Shown: positions 12,545 through 25,675, counted from the stretch's first letter. The stretch is 64,000 bases of DNA from Sphaerodactylus townsendi (GCF_021028975.2 NC_059431.1:92194001-92258000); one strand, 5' to 3'. Made by a program: numbers and translations. Notes: a model not told the origin generated them from the letters alone.

Positions 12545-13190
12545 GCAGTGGTCATTTCCCCACTCACCATTTGCTGCGTGCTATTCACGTCAAATAACGT
12601 GGGGGCCTGCTGCATTCCCCACTACCTCAGCGACGACCACGCAGCGACCCCGACTCTGCCACTCTCCTTCCTCCTCAGTGCGTGGCATTCCTGCTCCTGG
12701 ATGGTCGAGCACCTTTTTGAAAACCCCACACTGAGCGTGGGGGAATGGGGAAGCCCAGGGGGTGACTCCGGGTTTGATTTTCCCACCGCTGCTGGTGACA
12801 TAGAGCCATCCATCCAATTAGACGCGAGCAGCCTGGGTTTTTTTTATTTTAAACGCTTAAAATCTACGTCTGGATGTCATTTTGAGTGCACATGGACATA
12901 TTGTGTCTGCTCAAATTCACGTGGATTCCTCGGCAAAGCGTGGAGACGTTGATTTGTCCTTTTCACAATAAAAAAAATTCCCACCTCAGCACAATGCAGC
13001 AGCCAATCAGGACAGCCCCTGAGTGGATCGTGGGGAGTCCTGCGTAGCTGCTGCGTGGCTGCCGCATTCATTGGACCAAGGGGGCGGAGGCTGCAGTGGG
13101 GACCATGAACCCATGCTCAAAAGGTCCCACAGCAAAGGAAACCGCAGCTTATGACCTCCATTTTGTAAGTGGGAAACAACCAGTTTCTGA
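12545..13190. repeat. GC/CpG-rich interspersed repeat (probable DNA transposon derivative), inverted relative of 58100-59080
   Basis: e.g. TTCCCACCGCTGCTGGTGACATAGAGCC versus GGCTCCATGTCACTACCAGTGGCGGGAA; GCAGCAGCCAATCAGGACAGCCCCTGAG versus CTCAGGGGCCATCCTGATTGGTTGCTGC. Confidence 0.65.
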
Positions 13191-14273
13191 GCTAATATTT
13201 TTCTGTTGATTCTGTGATCAGTTCTGGGCAAACACATTGGGGACTTTTTCTGAGAAAAAATATTTTCAACAGCGTTTCCAAGATTAGCTATTTCAGCAAT
13301 TGTCTGCATGAGCACTGGTATAAATATAGTCCCTTTATTGGTATCCTTCACACAGAGTATTTGTTCTTAGAAGCTGTTTTCTTCTGGTCTCTACCCCCTT
13401 TCAGATTTTTTCCACTTGGGGACTATAATATTGAAGCATTCAGAACCTGTAGGCACAGCAAGTTGTGTGTACTCTTTGGAATACCAAGCAGCAGAAGTGA
13501 GAAAGTTGTCCTACCCCACTGCTTTAAAAACATCAGGCAGAAAGAATGGTGCCTAACTTTTCCTTTTCAAGATGTAAACCATAGCAGAATCTGAGGAGGA
13601 GGATTGTAACCTAGGTCATCAGAATGGCAGGTATACAGCACATGAGAGGCAGACTTGCAACTACCTTCCAAAAATATCTACTATATTAAAATAGAAAAAC
13701 CTTTAAAAACCACGTTATTGTACCTTTACATGGCAGAGAATATTGACCGTTCTATGTAACATCTATGTAGCTTTCCCTTTTCCTCTTCCAAAAATCCAAA
13801 AGTGACAAAAGTAGTCCTTTTTCTCTTCCAGATTACCTCCATCTTTATAACATGGCTATGGAGTAGGTGGCCTGAGAAAAGGTGACTCGCTCAAGGCCCA
13901 TAGCTCCATGGAAGAGTGGGAATCTGAAACCAGGTCCTCCTGCCTTATGCAACATGTTGGTCACAGTATTGGTTTTCAGACTGCCTTAAAATTATATTGA
14001 AAACTTATCTCTGTGAAGAGAGCATAATAAAATACACCTTACTGGGGAAATAAAAATTGCTATTTTCAATCTTACCTTCTCTCCAAAATCTTCAGGGCAA
14101 CGTGCATGGTATTTTGTCTATGTCGTTTGTCTTCATAACAGCCATCCTGTGAAGAAGGTGAAGTTGAGAGAGCATGATTTAGCCAAAATCACTCAATAAT
14201 CTTCATGAAACAACAAGGACTTGTCCCAACCCTGATAAGTAAGGCTGGCAGCCACAAAGGACAGGGTTATTTC

Positions 14274-14374
14274 CAGTGGTGGAATTCAAATAATTTAACA
14301 ACTGGTTGTTTACAAGCACCATTTTAACAACCGGTTCTTCTGAAGTGGTGCAAACCTGCTGAATCCCACCACTG
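14274..14374 (+). mobile_element. hAT MITE, short form (101 bp)
   Basis: TIRs CAGTGGTGGAATTCA / TGAATCCCACCACTG; 8-bp TSD GTTATTTC/GCTATTTC. Confidence 0.88.
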
Positions 14375-14948
14375 GCTATTTCTGCTGTAGCACCTCCTTT
14401 ACAGAATGACTTTCATAGTATTATCAAGGGAGGTAAAATACCATTTTGCCATTCACTTGTATCTCCTTCCAGGACTAGGAGATCTATTTGTGAATCCTTA
14501 TTAGTGCCTGCCTTGTTGGGAAAACCACAAAAGTGTCAATGAGGTGAACATTTCTCAAAAAGGCCCCTCACAATCTTAGCATGTCAGTAGTCTCCTCCAT
14601 GCCCCAATTAATTTGAAGTAAGCGTAAACAAAAATGTCTTTGAGGCTTTCAAAATATCTCATGAGCTCACTTAGGAAGGGCCAACCCCTCCTGTTTTTAT
14701 TACCATGTGGGGAGGGAGAGCAAATGTAAGTGCACTGGCTATACCCCCCCCCCCCCATGCATCTATGCAACTGTCTGATCATCTGCAGAGTGTGATCACA
14801 TGAAAAAAGTGGCTTTCAGAAGATTGCAGTGAGTAAATGTGTGGGAGAGGGGAAGGGGAGATCATCTGTACCTAGCTACTGAGTTATCCAAATGTAGGAA
14901 TAACAAATACAGAACGAATTGGTCTTTTGGGCTGTTAAGCTTTACTAG

Positions 14949-15215
14949 AGAGCTAGCATGATGTAGTGGTTAAGGTGTTGGACTAGAATCTGGGAAACCC
15001 AAGTTCAAATCCCCACGAGTAACATGGAAGCTTGCTGGGTGACCTTGGCCCAGTTACACACGCCTGACCCTAGTAATTGGATGGGAGATCTTCAAGGAAA
15101 TACCAGGCTCATGACATGGAGGCAGGAAATGGTAAAACACCTCCCAATGTCTTTTGCTTTGACAACTCTATGGAGCAGCCATATGTCAGCTATGACTTGA
15201 TGGCAAAAAAAGAAG
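14949..15215 (+). mobile_element. tRNA-SINE head joined to a 5S-derived SINE 3' part
   Basis: GAGCTAGCATGATGTAGTGGTTAAG...AGTTCAAATCCC (boxes A/B), then TTGGATGGGAGATC...GGAGGCAGGAAATGGTAAAACACCTC...ATGACTTGATGGCAAAAAA. Confidence 0.6.
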
Positions 15216-18108
15216 AAGCTTTGCTGTCATGTTCTAATGACTTCCACAACTGTTAGGATGAGAATCTCAACAATTACATTGAAACTTTTGCCACTGAATG
15301 GTTGGTTTTTTTTAAAAAAAGTTGGGTAGTACATCCTTCTAAAGGAACGACATGATGTAATGGGAACATTTTGTTGTGGCAATGCGCCAGATCCAATTTG
15401 GAAATGCTTTATGGACTGAAAGACATACCCCAAGAAATACCAAAATGAGCAGTACTCCACTGCAGGTAGCACTAAATGTTCCTTGGCTTCTCACAAGCAG
15501 AAAATGTCTTGTGATATTTGACAGAGAAGATCTGCTACCTGTATTTCTGGTCTTCTTATTGAAAGAGAAAGAGACAAAAGTCTTTTTTGGGGAGGGGGAC
15601 TGTGGAAAATACCTTGCGACTCTGAAAAGGCATACAGAATCACTCAGGGAAATTTAAGAATTCTCAGTATTCTGGAGTCTCTCTTGTGAAGGGTAAAGTT
15701 TCCACCCTCCTGCATTTATCTTGCTATGTTTAGGGAAGTATGAATATGTGAAGGTTAGATTCCTTTAGGTTTATCTTATTTTGAGATATTCATATACTTT
15801 CCAAACATTTTTTAAAAAAATTATCTGTTTTTTTGGTTTTTTCATAGATGCTTTGATTTTTAAAAATGGCTGTACTGGTTGTTTTTATGTCTGCTTTGGA
15901 AATGTTCATCTGGGAGAAAGGTCATCAGCTTTTAACAGGCTGAGGTATGATTTGCCTCTTTGCTGTTATCCAATTTTTTCTAGCTCTGCTGAAGATTATT
16001 TTGAATATAAAAAAATTACTGTTTGTCTTGAGATTGTAAAGGTGTAGCTTTCTTTGGAGGACACATTTGCAACTCTACCTTGTTTGGGTCCTTCTGGAAG
16101 AGAAGATGCATTTGTAGAGTCTTACGGTATTTTTTTTTTGCAAAATTGTTTTATTTACAAGTAGAGCTGGTCAAAACCAAAAAAATAAACCTGTATTTAA
16201 AAGTCAAATTAAAGTAGGCAAAAATTCAGTTACACCACTAGCTGTGCTCTGCTGCTTGAAACATTTAATATCCTCACCCTTCTAAAATGGGTTTAGATTT
16301 AGAAAAAAAAACTCTTTAAGGACTGCACTATAAATTTAGGGTTGATAACTGGGAAATATATTTCCCTTTGAAACCAATGACACTAAACACAAAATTGATT
16401 GTCTACTTATCTAATACTTTTTTAAATTCCACTTCCTCCATACAGGGTTCTCCTTTTCAATCTATCCTCACAGTAACTGGGGGTTGGATCCAGCCAGATT
16501 TCCCACCAAATCTCACTGTGACAAAAGGAGTCAGGTTGGACCCTGAAGGAATGGCAGGGATGGGAACATAGGCATATCTATGCTGAAAGAGTTGAACTGG
16601 TAGCTAGGGTGGAGAGGGTCATTGCATTAGGCACACCTGGATATTTGGGAAAGTGGCACCCTTAACTGAGGAAGGTATCTCATTGGGCTGGAGAAAATGG
16701 TGGGTAGGAAGAAAGGTGGTGCCCTTCCCTGCACGTATAAACAGAGCTTTCAGATTGAGACCTGAGGGTGGTTTTGAGGAGAAGATGGAAGAACTTGGAA
16801 AAGACAAACCTTTTGGTGTGCAAAGGAAGGGACCAGGTGGTCAGAACAGGGAGTAAGGAAACTCATCTATGAAATACAGCTGTAAGAGTATTCCAATTGA
16901 GTGGCTATGAATTAGAACTTAACTATACTCTGTCTCAGAAAAAGATGATAGTTCAGTCAGTTGAGGTGCAGTGGTAGAGAAAAATGTATCCTTCCACATT
17001 AGAATATAGTCTCAAACAAATATGAGAATTATCATTCATTTTTATGTGCTGCCTTTGTCAAAACCATTATTTTGTGCATTACTGAGCATGGTACTTTGAT
17101 ACAAGAGCATTCATAGTTTATGTATTTTTAATTTCAAATCTGGGGGCGGTGTAAGGTAAGCAGGGCTAGGTAAGCACTAGGACCCAGGTGGGGCATTCTA
17201 CAACAAAGAAGTCCTGGCATGTAGAGTTATGTTGTGGTAGAATATACGACCCTATTTTTTTTTCTGAGACAGATTGTAGCTTGGTCTTCATTGCTGAAAA
17301 GATGAATGGGCAACCATTGTCCAGACTCTAACACAACCCCACTCTCCCTCCTTCACAGGAGGGGCCCAAAAAGGAGCCAAAGAGCATACTCACTTATTCC
17401 CCTCCATGCTAATGCCCTGTTGCATGTTCCTTCAATCCATGCAGGTCCCTAGCTTTTTTGATGGTCAGGGGAAATCCTCTCTTCCCTTTTGAACTAGAGA
17501 AATAGCAAGTTGGATCACTCCCCCATGAAGTAGATTAGGCAGAGAGAAGAGTAATATAACACTCAGGTGTCCAGCACTGTTTGATCCTCTAACACAGTTC
17601 AAATGGACTTACTCCCAGATAGGCTTGCTTCTGACTTTTCTGCAGGGAGAGCTCAGATTTCTTTAAGCAAGCAGGTGAAGTGCATTATGAACAGCACACT
17701 GTCTGGCTAATGACTACTGAACAGCAGAAGGATTAGAGCAACCTAGCGGTTAATTGAGTGATCATACAGCCACACAAGCAACTACTCTGGGGAAAAAAAA
17801 ACCTCTAGTAGTCTGGATACTCCAAAAGAAACTGATTTCATGTATTTCTATTTTTGGAGGCTTTATGTCAAAAATGGAAGAAGGCTGCAGGTAGCACACA
17901 CAAATCTGTCACACAGCAAGCATTTATGCCCCTCTACCTCTGCTAGGGCTTCTGGTTTGTTTGACTGGAGGAATGCAGTTTTTTGGAAAACATTCATCAT
18001 GACAGTTTTCAGAAGTGTCCTACGTACACCCCCTCCAAGTCTGCACGTGTGACTCTGTGGCCTTTATGTTAATTATTTACACCTTGACTTTCAACCATAG
18101 CTCCCAAG

Positions 18109-18439
18109 AAGGGTCGCCAACTCTGGGAAGCTGGGAGTGGTGAGGTTTTGTGAAGGGAGGGAGCTCAGCAGGATTGTGAAGCCTTAGGCTCATTCCGCAC
18201 TTGCAGAATAATGCACTTTCAAACTGCTCTCAGTGCTCTTTGAAGCTGTGCGGAATAGCAAAATCCACTTGCAAACAGTTGTGAAAGTGGTTTGAAAATG
18301 CATTATTTTGCGTGTGCGGAAGGGGCCTTAGATTCCAACCTCCACAGCCACCACGTTCTCCAGATTTGATCTCTGTAAGCTGAAAATCACCAGTAATTCT
18401 GGGCAATTGTCAGGCCTCGCTGGGAGGTTGACAACACTG
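18109..18439. mobile_element. hAT (Blackjack-like) non-autonomous element hosting a nested MITE
   Basis: Degenerate TIRs AAGGGTCGCCAAC / GTTGACAACACTG; flanks CTCCCAAG/CCCTCAAG are a possible degenerate 8-bp TSD. Confidence 0.5.
18187..18327. mobile_element. PIF/Harbinger-type MITE (141 bp)
   Basis: TIRs GGCTCATTCCGCAC / GTGCGGAAGGGGCC, TTA TSD on both sides; further copies at 32488 and 45330. Confidence 0.88.
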
Positions 18440-20799
18440 CCCTCAAGGCAACTTATGGCAAGCTCAACACTCAACTATAAGAGTAAAACAAATGAGAAAA
18501 ATGTGTGTGTTTGTGTGTGGAATATAAACGAACAAGGTTAAAAACACCAGCAAAAGCCATCAAAATTCTCCAAGAAACATAATAAGCCCAGGAAACAGCA
18601 CTGTGTTTATCTGGTGCCTCAATGTCATTAATTTCAGGTGAACAAGTTCTATAGACTAAAAACCCCTGTTGAAACAAAAAGTGTCCTAGGAAGCTAACTG
18701 CTTACTCTCATAGGTGAGGGCACCCAGAAATCAGCACCTGAAGAAGATCCTAACAACCAGGCAAATTCTTTCAGGACTGGCAGTAGGAAGACCCTGTATG
18801 TCAGGTCAGCACTAGTAGACATCCTTAAAGGCCTATGTGAGCACACCAGCTACACATAGAACTTTCTGGCAAGATGAACTTGTTGGTTCCTCTTGACACT
18901 CCATGGCCAGAACTGAACAGGCCACTCTTCATACAGCATGCTTATAAGAGCAGATGGTATGGCAGGAAAGGCTAAAGAGAACCATTTCATGCTCTTCTTC
19001 AGAACAGAGTGCAGGATTGCATCTCCATTTGAAAAAGAAGTAAAAGGTAACACTGCCATCAGAAACCGTTACTAATCATATGCACATTGATAGAAAAATT
19101 TCTCAGACTACTATATGGACAGATTAAAGACACTTGCTCAGGAAACAGATCTACTCTACACTGCAACAGTAAATATATACAAGAGGGGAAAAACAGATTC
19201 ATTTACTGACATCGTAATTATCATTTGTGTAAAGATCTGGTAATTGGAGACCTGATGGCATCTGGGAAGAGAAGATTATTTACAGCATTATTAAATAATA
19301 AGTAAATCTTTTGGAGCTGAAAACAGATTATAGCTTTCTCAGAAAACTGAAAGCAGTTTGAAAGAAGAATCACACCTCACAGGTATAAACAATCATCCCA
19401 GTCTCACCCTGACAAAAGGTCTTGATGATTTCCATAATGTTTCAAAAGCCCACAAAATCTGTTGACCAGAGGCAGCAGTGCAAGACAGAAATATTTGTTG
19501 ACACTATAGGAAACAAAGTCTCTTTAATGCACCCTTAACTGGCTTAAAACTATCCTCCATCCTCCACACTCTGATGAATAGATATTTGCCAAAGTTCTGT
19601 GCACATTCAGTATGGAAAACTGCCAATTAAAACAGCTTGTCAAATGTTAGTAATAGCCACATTATCTAACTTTTGGCAGTAATTTTTGCTGCTGTCTCAT
19701 ATACATATTGTATTTGAAAATGACATGATACACCTCAAAGTCAGTTTTCATAGTCAGTAAAATGAGAAATTAGTTGTGCTAATAAGCCTGTAAAATGCAA
19801 CCAAGCAGCAGAAAATCCACTAAAAAAACCCTTTAAAGAAAACCTGCAATCTATTAAGGGCCAGATTTAAAACACACACACCCAAAAAACACCACCACCA
19901 GACAATTTCTCTTGGCAGAAGAATCCAGGAGACAGAAGCAATACCTGTATACTTCTAAATTGCTTTTCCTCAGGAAGAAATTATTACCAGAAAACAGCTG
20001 AACAGCCTTTCCAAGTTCCTACTCAAATCCAAATTAAACAGCATTGGATAGGAATGGTCTTATATCCTTAAGGAGTTTCATTTCTCAAAGTATTGGCAAA
20101 ATACAGACTGTTAAACAACAAAAGATTCTTCTTTGTGTGCAATTTGAAAGGTCTCAAATATGCAAATTTTCAGTGAAGGGCATGTTCTAGAGAACATGGA
20201 AAAAGCTTAACTTTAAGGGAAAGGCTTAACTTTTACATAGTGTTAAAATATGACAGGCTAGCAATAACTAGATGGAGAATGAGAATAATTAGATTGGGGA
20301 GTGAGAATAAATGTGCATGGAGTAAACATGTTTGCATAATGCTAGCTGAAGAAATAATAGTTGAAGAACAGCTTTAATATGAGGAGCACTCAGATCCATT
20401 TCCAGGTTTAGGGGGACGCTGGAAAGACAGTGTCCAGGGAGGTCTTTATTAACCCCCATACCTGTATGCCCCCCAACTGCTGGTACATACCTTTGCTTGT
20501 AAGCTCTCCCACTGTCCATGCTCAGTGGCTTGTACCATTTGCCATTGCAACCAAGGGTGCCATTACTGTGCACCACCCCATGCCCTTTTTCAATGACTCT
20601 GGGAAGTTAGGAACTTGAGTACAGACAGGTGGCAAGCGTAGTGTACGGATAGGGGTCAGTGGCTGTGGGCCCCATCAGAAGACCAGGACCCTGGCAACTG
20701 CTGCATCTCAGAATGTTCTGATGTTAGCCCTTACAGCACTTGTAAAACCCCTTGTATAGCAGCTTGTATGTACATACACAAGTATCAAGTTTTAACCCA

Positions 20800-20950
20800 C
20801 TTAAGACAACCATAGCAAGGGACTTTCAAGCCAACTGAGAAGCACAGATAGCTTGCCATTGACTTCCTCTGCAGTTTTCTTTGATGTCTCCCATCTAAGA
20901 AGCATAGCTTCCAAGATGGGATGAGATTGGGCTATACCTTGCCACTTCCC
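20800..20950 (-). mobile_element. 5S rRNA-derived SINE, degenerate
   Basis: TTGCCATTGACTTCCTCTGCAG...TGTCTCCCATCTAAG is the reverse complement of the 2225-2400 layout. Confidence 0.55.
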
Positions 20951-21639
20951 TTCCCTTCACAGCAGTCTCCAGAATATTCCAAGATCATGTGCTCTTACAA
21001 GTCCACATATTATCATTCTGTTAAGACTAAAATATAAGGGAATGTCTCTACTCCATAAACTCTATCAGGCAGTATTGTAACTGAAGAAATATTTGATAAC
21101 ATAATAAAATTTCCTATTATGTGCTTTCTCTGGGATGCATGCATTGCTGAAATGTTGCTAAATTTGTGAACAACTAGTTCACAAGTTCTGTATGAATTGG
21201 TCACTCTTCATGAATATCTGATAGCATGGAGGTATAGTTTAGGCAAATTCTCCTGCTTCAAAAAAGAAGATGGATCACATTAACTAGACCAAGCATTTGC
21301 TGAACAACAGTTCATTATATATATATATCAGGCAGAAGGGCCAATAACAGTGGGGGAGTGCTACTGGAAGAACAACGATACAGGAGAAACAGTTCCAATG
21401 TTTCAGCTGCATGATCAAGAAGGCACTTTCTTGGGTTACCAGCCACCTAACCTTAGATGTTAGGGACACCCAATACGACGACTCCTAAAATGGTCCAAGT
21501 AGATGGACAAGTTCATTTGTGAATAGGCTGTCATTCAGGTATGTTGGCCCCAAACTTTATGGGTTGGTAAAGGTCAATCTCAGAAGCAAAATGGGAGCAA
21601 GTGTAGATGGGAAAAGATTAAAGTGGTACAGCCTGTATG

Positions 21640-22325
21640 ACCCATACTAGCTCACATTCTAGCCAAAGCATTTTGTACCTGTACCTACAGCTTCTTGACA
21701 GTCTTCAAGGGAAGCCCAATTAAAGTGCCTTGCAGTAATGCAATTTGGATGTTATTAGAGCATGCACCACAGTGGCAAGTTCTTTCCCATCAAGGAAGGG
21801 CCTCAACTGCTCAACTCATCAGCTGAAGCTTAAAAAAGCATTCTGGGCCAAGGTGCAACCTGCTTACACAACTGGAGGCCCAGGTCCAGAAGCACCGGCA
21901 AGATGCAAATTGATATCTTTAGGTGGAGTGCAGCCCTATTCAGAACAGGAGATATGCTAATTCTGAGGTCAAATATTTCTTTAGTATCACCTCAGCTTCT
22001 GTTCATAATAAGTTTCGGTATATTAGCCCACATCCATCCCAAATACACCCCAGTCACCTTTTTATAGTTTTCCACAGCCTTCCTGGGATCTGCTAAAAGT
22101 GCAAGATAGAGCTGAAGGTCATCCATGGGTTGGTAGTAGCCAAAATCTCTGGATGACCTTTCCCAGTGATTTTAGACAGATGTTGAAAGCATAGCGGACA
22201 AGAGGGAAGCTTGTGGGACCCCTCAGGCCAGAAATCTACGTTCAAGGCCACCATAATGGTTCCTCCCAGTTCCAACCCTGAAAAGTAATCTATGCTATCA
22301 AAAGTAGCTGAAAGATCCAAGAGAA
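21640..22325 (-). mobile_element. L2-clade LINE RT fragment, degenerate
   Basis: Minus-strand DLSATFDSIDY (cf. L2 DLSAAFDTIDH); CAGTCTTCAAGGGAAGCCCAATTAAAGTGCCTTGCAGTAATGCAATTTGGATGTTA parallels 5570-5635. Confidence 0.75.
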
Positions 22326-22353
22326 TTCACAAATATGTGTATATGTATGTATA

Positions 22354-23283
22354 TCTATCTATGTATATATATAAGCGAATTCCACTCACTGACTCACTCG
22401 CCAACTCAGAAACCGGCGAACCTACGCACTTGAAATTTGGCACACTGGTTCCTCATGTGCCCGAGGCGCTCAATAAGAAAGGATTTCCAAAAATATTGAA
22501 GTCAACTCGAGTTATAAGCTATTTTCTGTTTTTCCTATTCATCTCTGCATATCTGCCCAAACACGATGCTCCTCCATGCACAGCAACCTGTTCCTTCTTC
22601 TGCAACCGCTACAGGGTGACTCAACAAATTCATACAGACACTGTGATCACCAACATGTTGAGAATCACAGGGGCCCTGTCTAACACCGTGCTCCTCAGCA
22701 CACAGGAACCTGTTCCTTCAGCTGAAACCACTAAAGGGAGAACATGCGTTACATACATACATCAACTTACCCATTGCATTACGCACAGACTGTGCCAGGA
22801 AACTGCTGCAACATATGCAAAACCCACCCCGTCACTCCACAGGTAGGCTGTGAGGAAATATTCTGCATGTCACCCCTCAGTTCACAACCACCCTGTACAG
22901 AAGAATGCTGACTGTCACCCCGAAGTTCACAGAGACGCCATACTCACCAACACGTACCGAACCACGGATGCCCTACTATCCAACACCACGCTCCTCAACG
23001 CATAGCAACCCATTCCTTCTGCTGCACCTGCTACAGGGTGACTCAACAACTTCATACAGACACTGTGATCACAGGATAGGAAGCCTCATGGCAGGACCCT
23101 AGCACCATGACTGCAGCATGGCTCACACATGAGGTTTTGAGGCCCTAAATAGGACGCTCCAAGATATCACTGGCCACAACTGTCTTACGGGTGGAGTTTT
23201 TTGCATTTCTTACAGGTGGAGTATTAGCATTTCTGTGTTCCGCTTTTCCCACTCCCCGTAGCGAAGCGCGGGTACCCTGCTAG
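22354..23283 (+). mobile_element. Non-autonomous Helitron-like (rolling-circle) element
   Basis: 5' A|TCTATCTATGTATATATATAA, subterminal CACTCACTGACTCACT, 3' GC-rich stem-loop CCCGTAGCGAAGCGCGGG about 7 bp upstream of terminal CTAG|T; no TSD; sits in a (TA/TG)n tract. Confidence 0.82.
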
Positions 23284-24459
23284 TACATATATGTGTGTGT
23301 GTGTATATATATATATGTATATAACGATTCCAACAATATTAGAGAATCATGGATTATTTCCACAAATGGGATAATGTGGCTAGAGGCTTAGACTAGCTAA
23401 AACAGCTGCTGATGCTCCACTTCACACTTTTTTTGTACATAAAGCTGCAACATACCAGCACTTTTGGTTCCTTAAAAAAATAATCTGCTAGTGGTGCAGA
23501 ATTTCCTTTCCTTGACCACCTTTATGATTTATGGCTCTAATAAAATCAATGCCATTGAAGTACATATCCTTCCAAAGAGATGAATGCCAAGACCTAGCTC
23601 AGGTCAGCTTAAGTCTAACCTTCAGCAGAAATGAAGTGATTAGAGTATGATTAATCTTCGGTTAACAAGACTAACCTATATTTAAAGATCACCTTGTTTC
23701 TGGCCACCCATTGTTGCTCTTTATCATATTAGCATTTTATTGGAGAAACAAACCCTTATCCTTTGCATACTTACATATTAGTGTTTGAAAAGTCTCACAT
23801 CAGATGTTGTGACAGAGTTTAGTTGGACTCTTTTTTCCTTTGAAAACGGATATGTCAGGTCAGTCAGTCTTGAAACCTGAACTACCGAACTATGTCCTAA
23901 CTGTGCTTTTGACCTTTCATTTCAAAGTACTGGTCTATACAAGTGGAATGACGTGGTAGAATGTGCTGTACTGCTTGACAGAAAGAAAACAAAACTCTGA
24001 AGGGTCTGCAATATTGTTATGTTTCCTAAACAGTCCCCCAGAGATCTCTGAAATTTCAGGATACTGTCTTGTAATATCACAGTGGGCATTCACTTCTTAA
24101 AGCTATAGCTTTTGCTTATATTATTTTGAGGATTTAATCTCCCCTCCATGTATTGCTTTTAAATTTCAGATTCTAGAAAAATCCCTCATTCTATCACCTT
24201 AGTATTCTGCCACTTCACTTTACAGCATGTGTAAATAAGAGCAGTGTTTCAAGGAAGATATTACAGATTGTCCCGAATTGTTTGCAGTTGTCTTCTTGAC
24301 TCTATGTTAAAAAAAAAAAAACTCTGTCCAGATTCCAGTTACCCTGAGTGCTGAAAAGAAGGGAAGAGATGGAGTGGCTCCTGGCAGGAGTATTTGTGAT
24401 GAAATTTTAGGATGGTGAAATATATGGAAAAGGATGCAATATAGTAGAGTAGCCCAAAA

Positions 24460-25675
24460 CGGTCTGGTGCCAACTTACTTGTGGGACTGCCTCTCTCATT
24501 ACATCTGTCATGCCCATGGCTGAGTCTGAGAGTTCATCAAAGGAAGACATATTTGAGCCTCAGAGGAGCTAGCCAACTGTGTCAACAGCAGTGGAAGATT
24601 TACTATCACAGGGACCTGGCTTGGAGCTCATTGCAAAAGGCCTCGGGCAGAATGTGCTAACTGTTCTTCGGACAATTCCCACATGGTACAGAAGTGTAGT
24701 AGAAACGTAGGGCTGTTGTGAAAGAAGATGCCATCAGTACATTTGTAGAGCTGGCTGTGCAAGTACTGTGCATGCTGGAGACTTCGTTGCAGGAGCTCTC
24801 CCATGCTGGCAGCCCAGATGGATTTAATGAAAAGCAATGAAAGCCAAAGCCATGGATGCAACATGCTTTTTCCTGACACTGCCTGTGCTTCACTACTCTG
24901 TTTCCAGACTCTGCGTTGACCTCGGACTGGCTTATAATGACCTTGATTACAGCTGCTCCCCTTCGATGTGTATAATCTTAGGTGTCTGACTCTCTGGCTT
25001 GTTTGACCCTTCTTCCTGGATTATCCCACTGGCCTGACCTGTCTGTGTTTGAACTCTATTGTTTATCAGCTTGGACTGCCAAGGGGTGGCTCCCTGTTTC
25101 TGGTCCTGCTGCAGCTGTTGCAACCCCAGGCCACTGTGCTTCTGCAGTGCTGGTGCTGCCATGGCAGCACACTAACTGTGTCTAGGCAACAAAACATCTC
25201 CCAAAGAACGCTCCACTCACTGTGCAAGAATCTGCTTGTGGTCCTTTACCCAAGGGAAGTTTGGCTTGTTTCGACTAGGGCTAAGGCCTCTTCAGACCTG
25301 GCCCTGACCTGGTGGAAAGTCTAGGACCTTGCAGCATTTAATTCAATTTTGCATGACCTGTAAGGCACAGTTGTTCCACTAGGCGTATGTTTGAAGCAGC
25401 AATCAATGGTTTACCATCCGGGCCTCCCCTCCTTCTCCTTGATCCACCTCACAGACCTCCTCTGACCTTTCCAATCCTCCATTCCACTGACTAACATTTT
25501 GTTTTACTAGTAGAGTTTCACCATTTGGATTTTGTTTAGGATTTATATAGTTTTAATTGCTTAGTTTTATGATATTTATTGTGTAAATTATTGTGTTTTT
25601 AATGTATTGATGTTGGAAACTATCCTGAGCCTGAAAGGGGAGGAGCAGTATAAATTACCTAATACATACATACAT
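24460..25675 (+). mobile_element. L2-clade LINE 3' end, split by a solo LTR
   Basis: Joining 24460-24505 to 25199 onward restores PTYLWDCLSHYISQRTLHSLCKNLLVV...REVWLVSTRAKASSDLALTWWK, followed by an L2-type 3' UTR and (TACA)n tail. Confidence 0.8.
24506..25193. mobile_element. Solo LTR (Gypsy-like, 5-bp TSD)
   Basis: Starts TGTCATGCCC; flanked by ACATC on both sides; terminal CA appears mutated (…AACAAA); precisely interrupts the L2 reading frame. Confidence 0.7.

Noticed and set aside
15380-16130. Possible old L1 ORF1 remnant on the minus strand
   Set aside because: Only faint peptide resemblance (e.g. KESNLHIFILP) with many stops; needs an HMM search to support
22292-22846. 184-aa ORF as a host gene
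   Set aside because: It crosses an L2 antisense segment, a microsatellite and the Helitron 5' end; no recognisable domain
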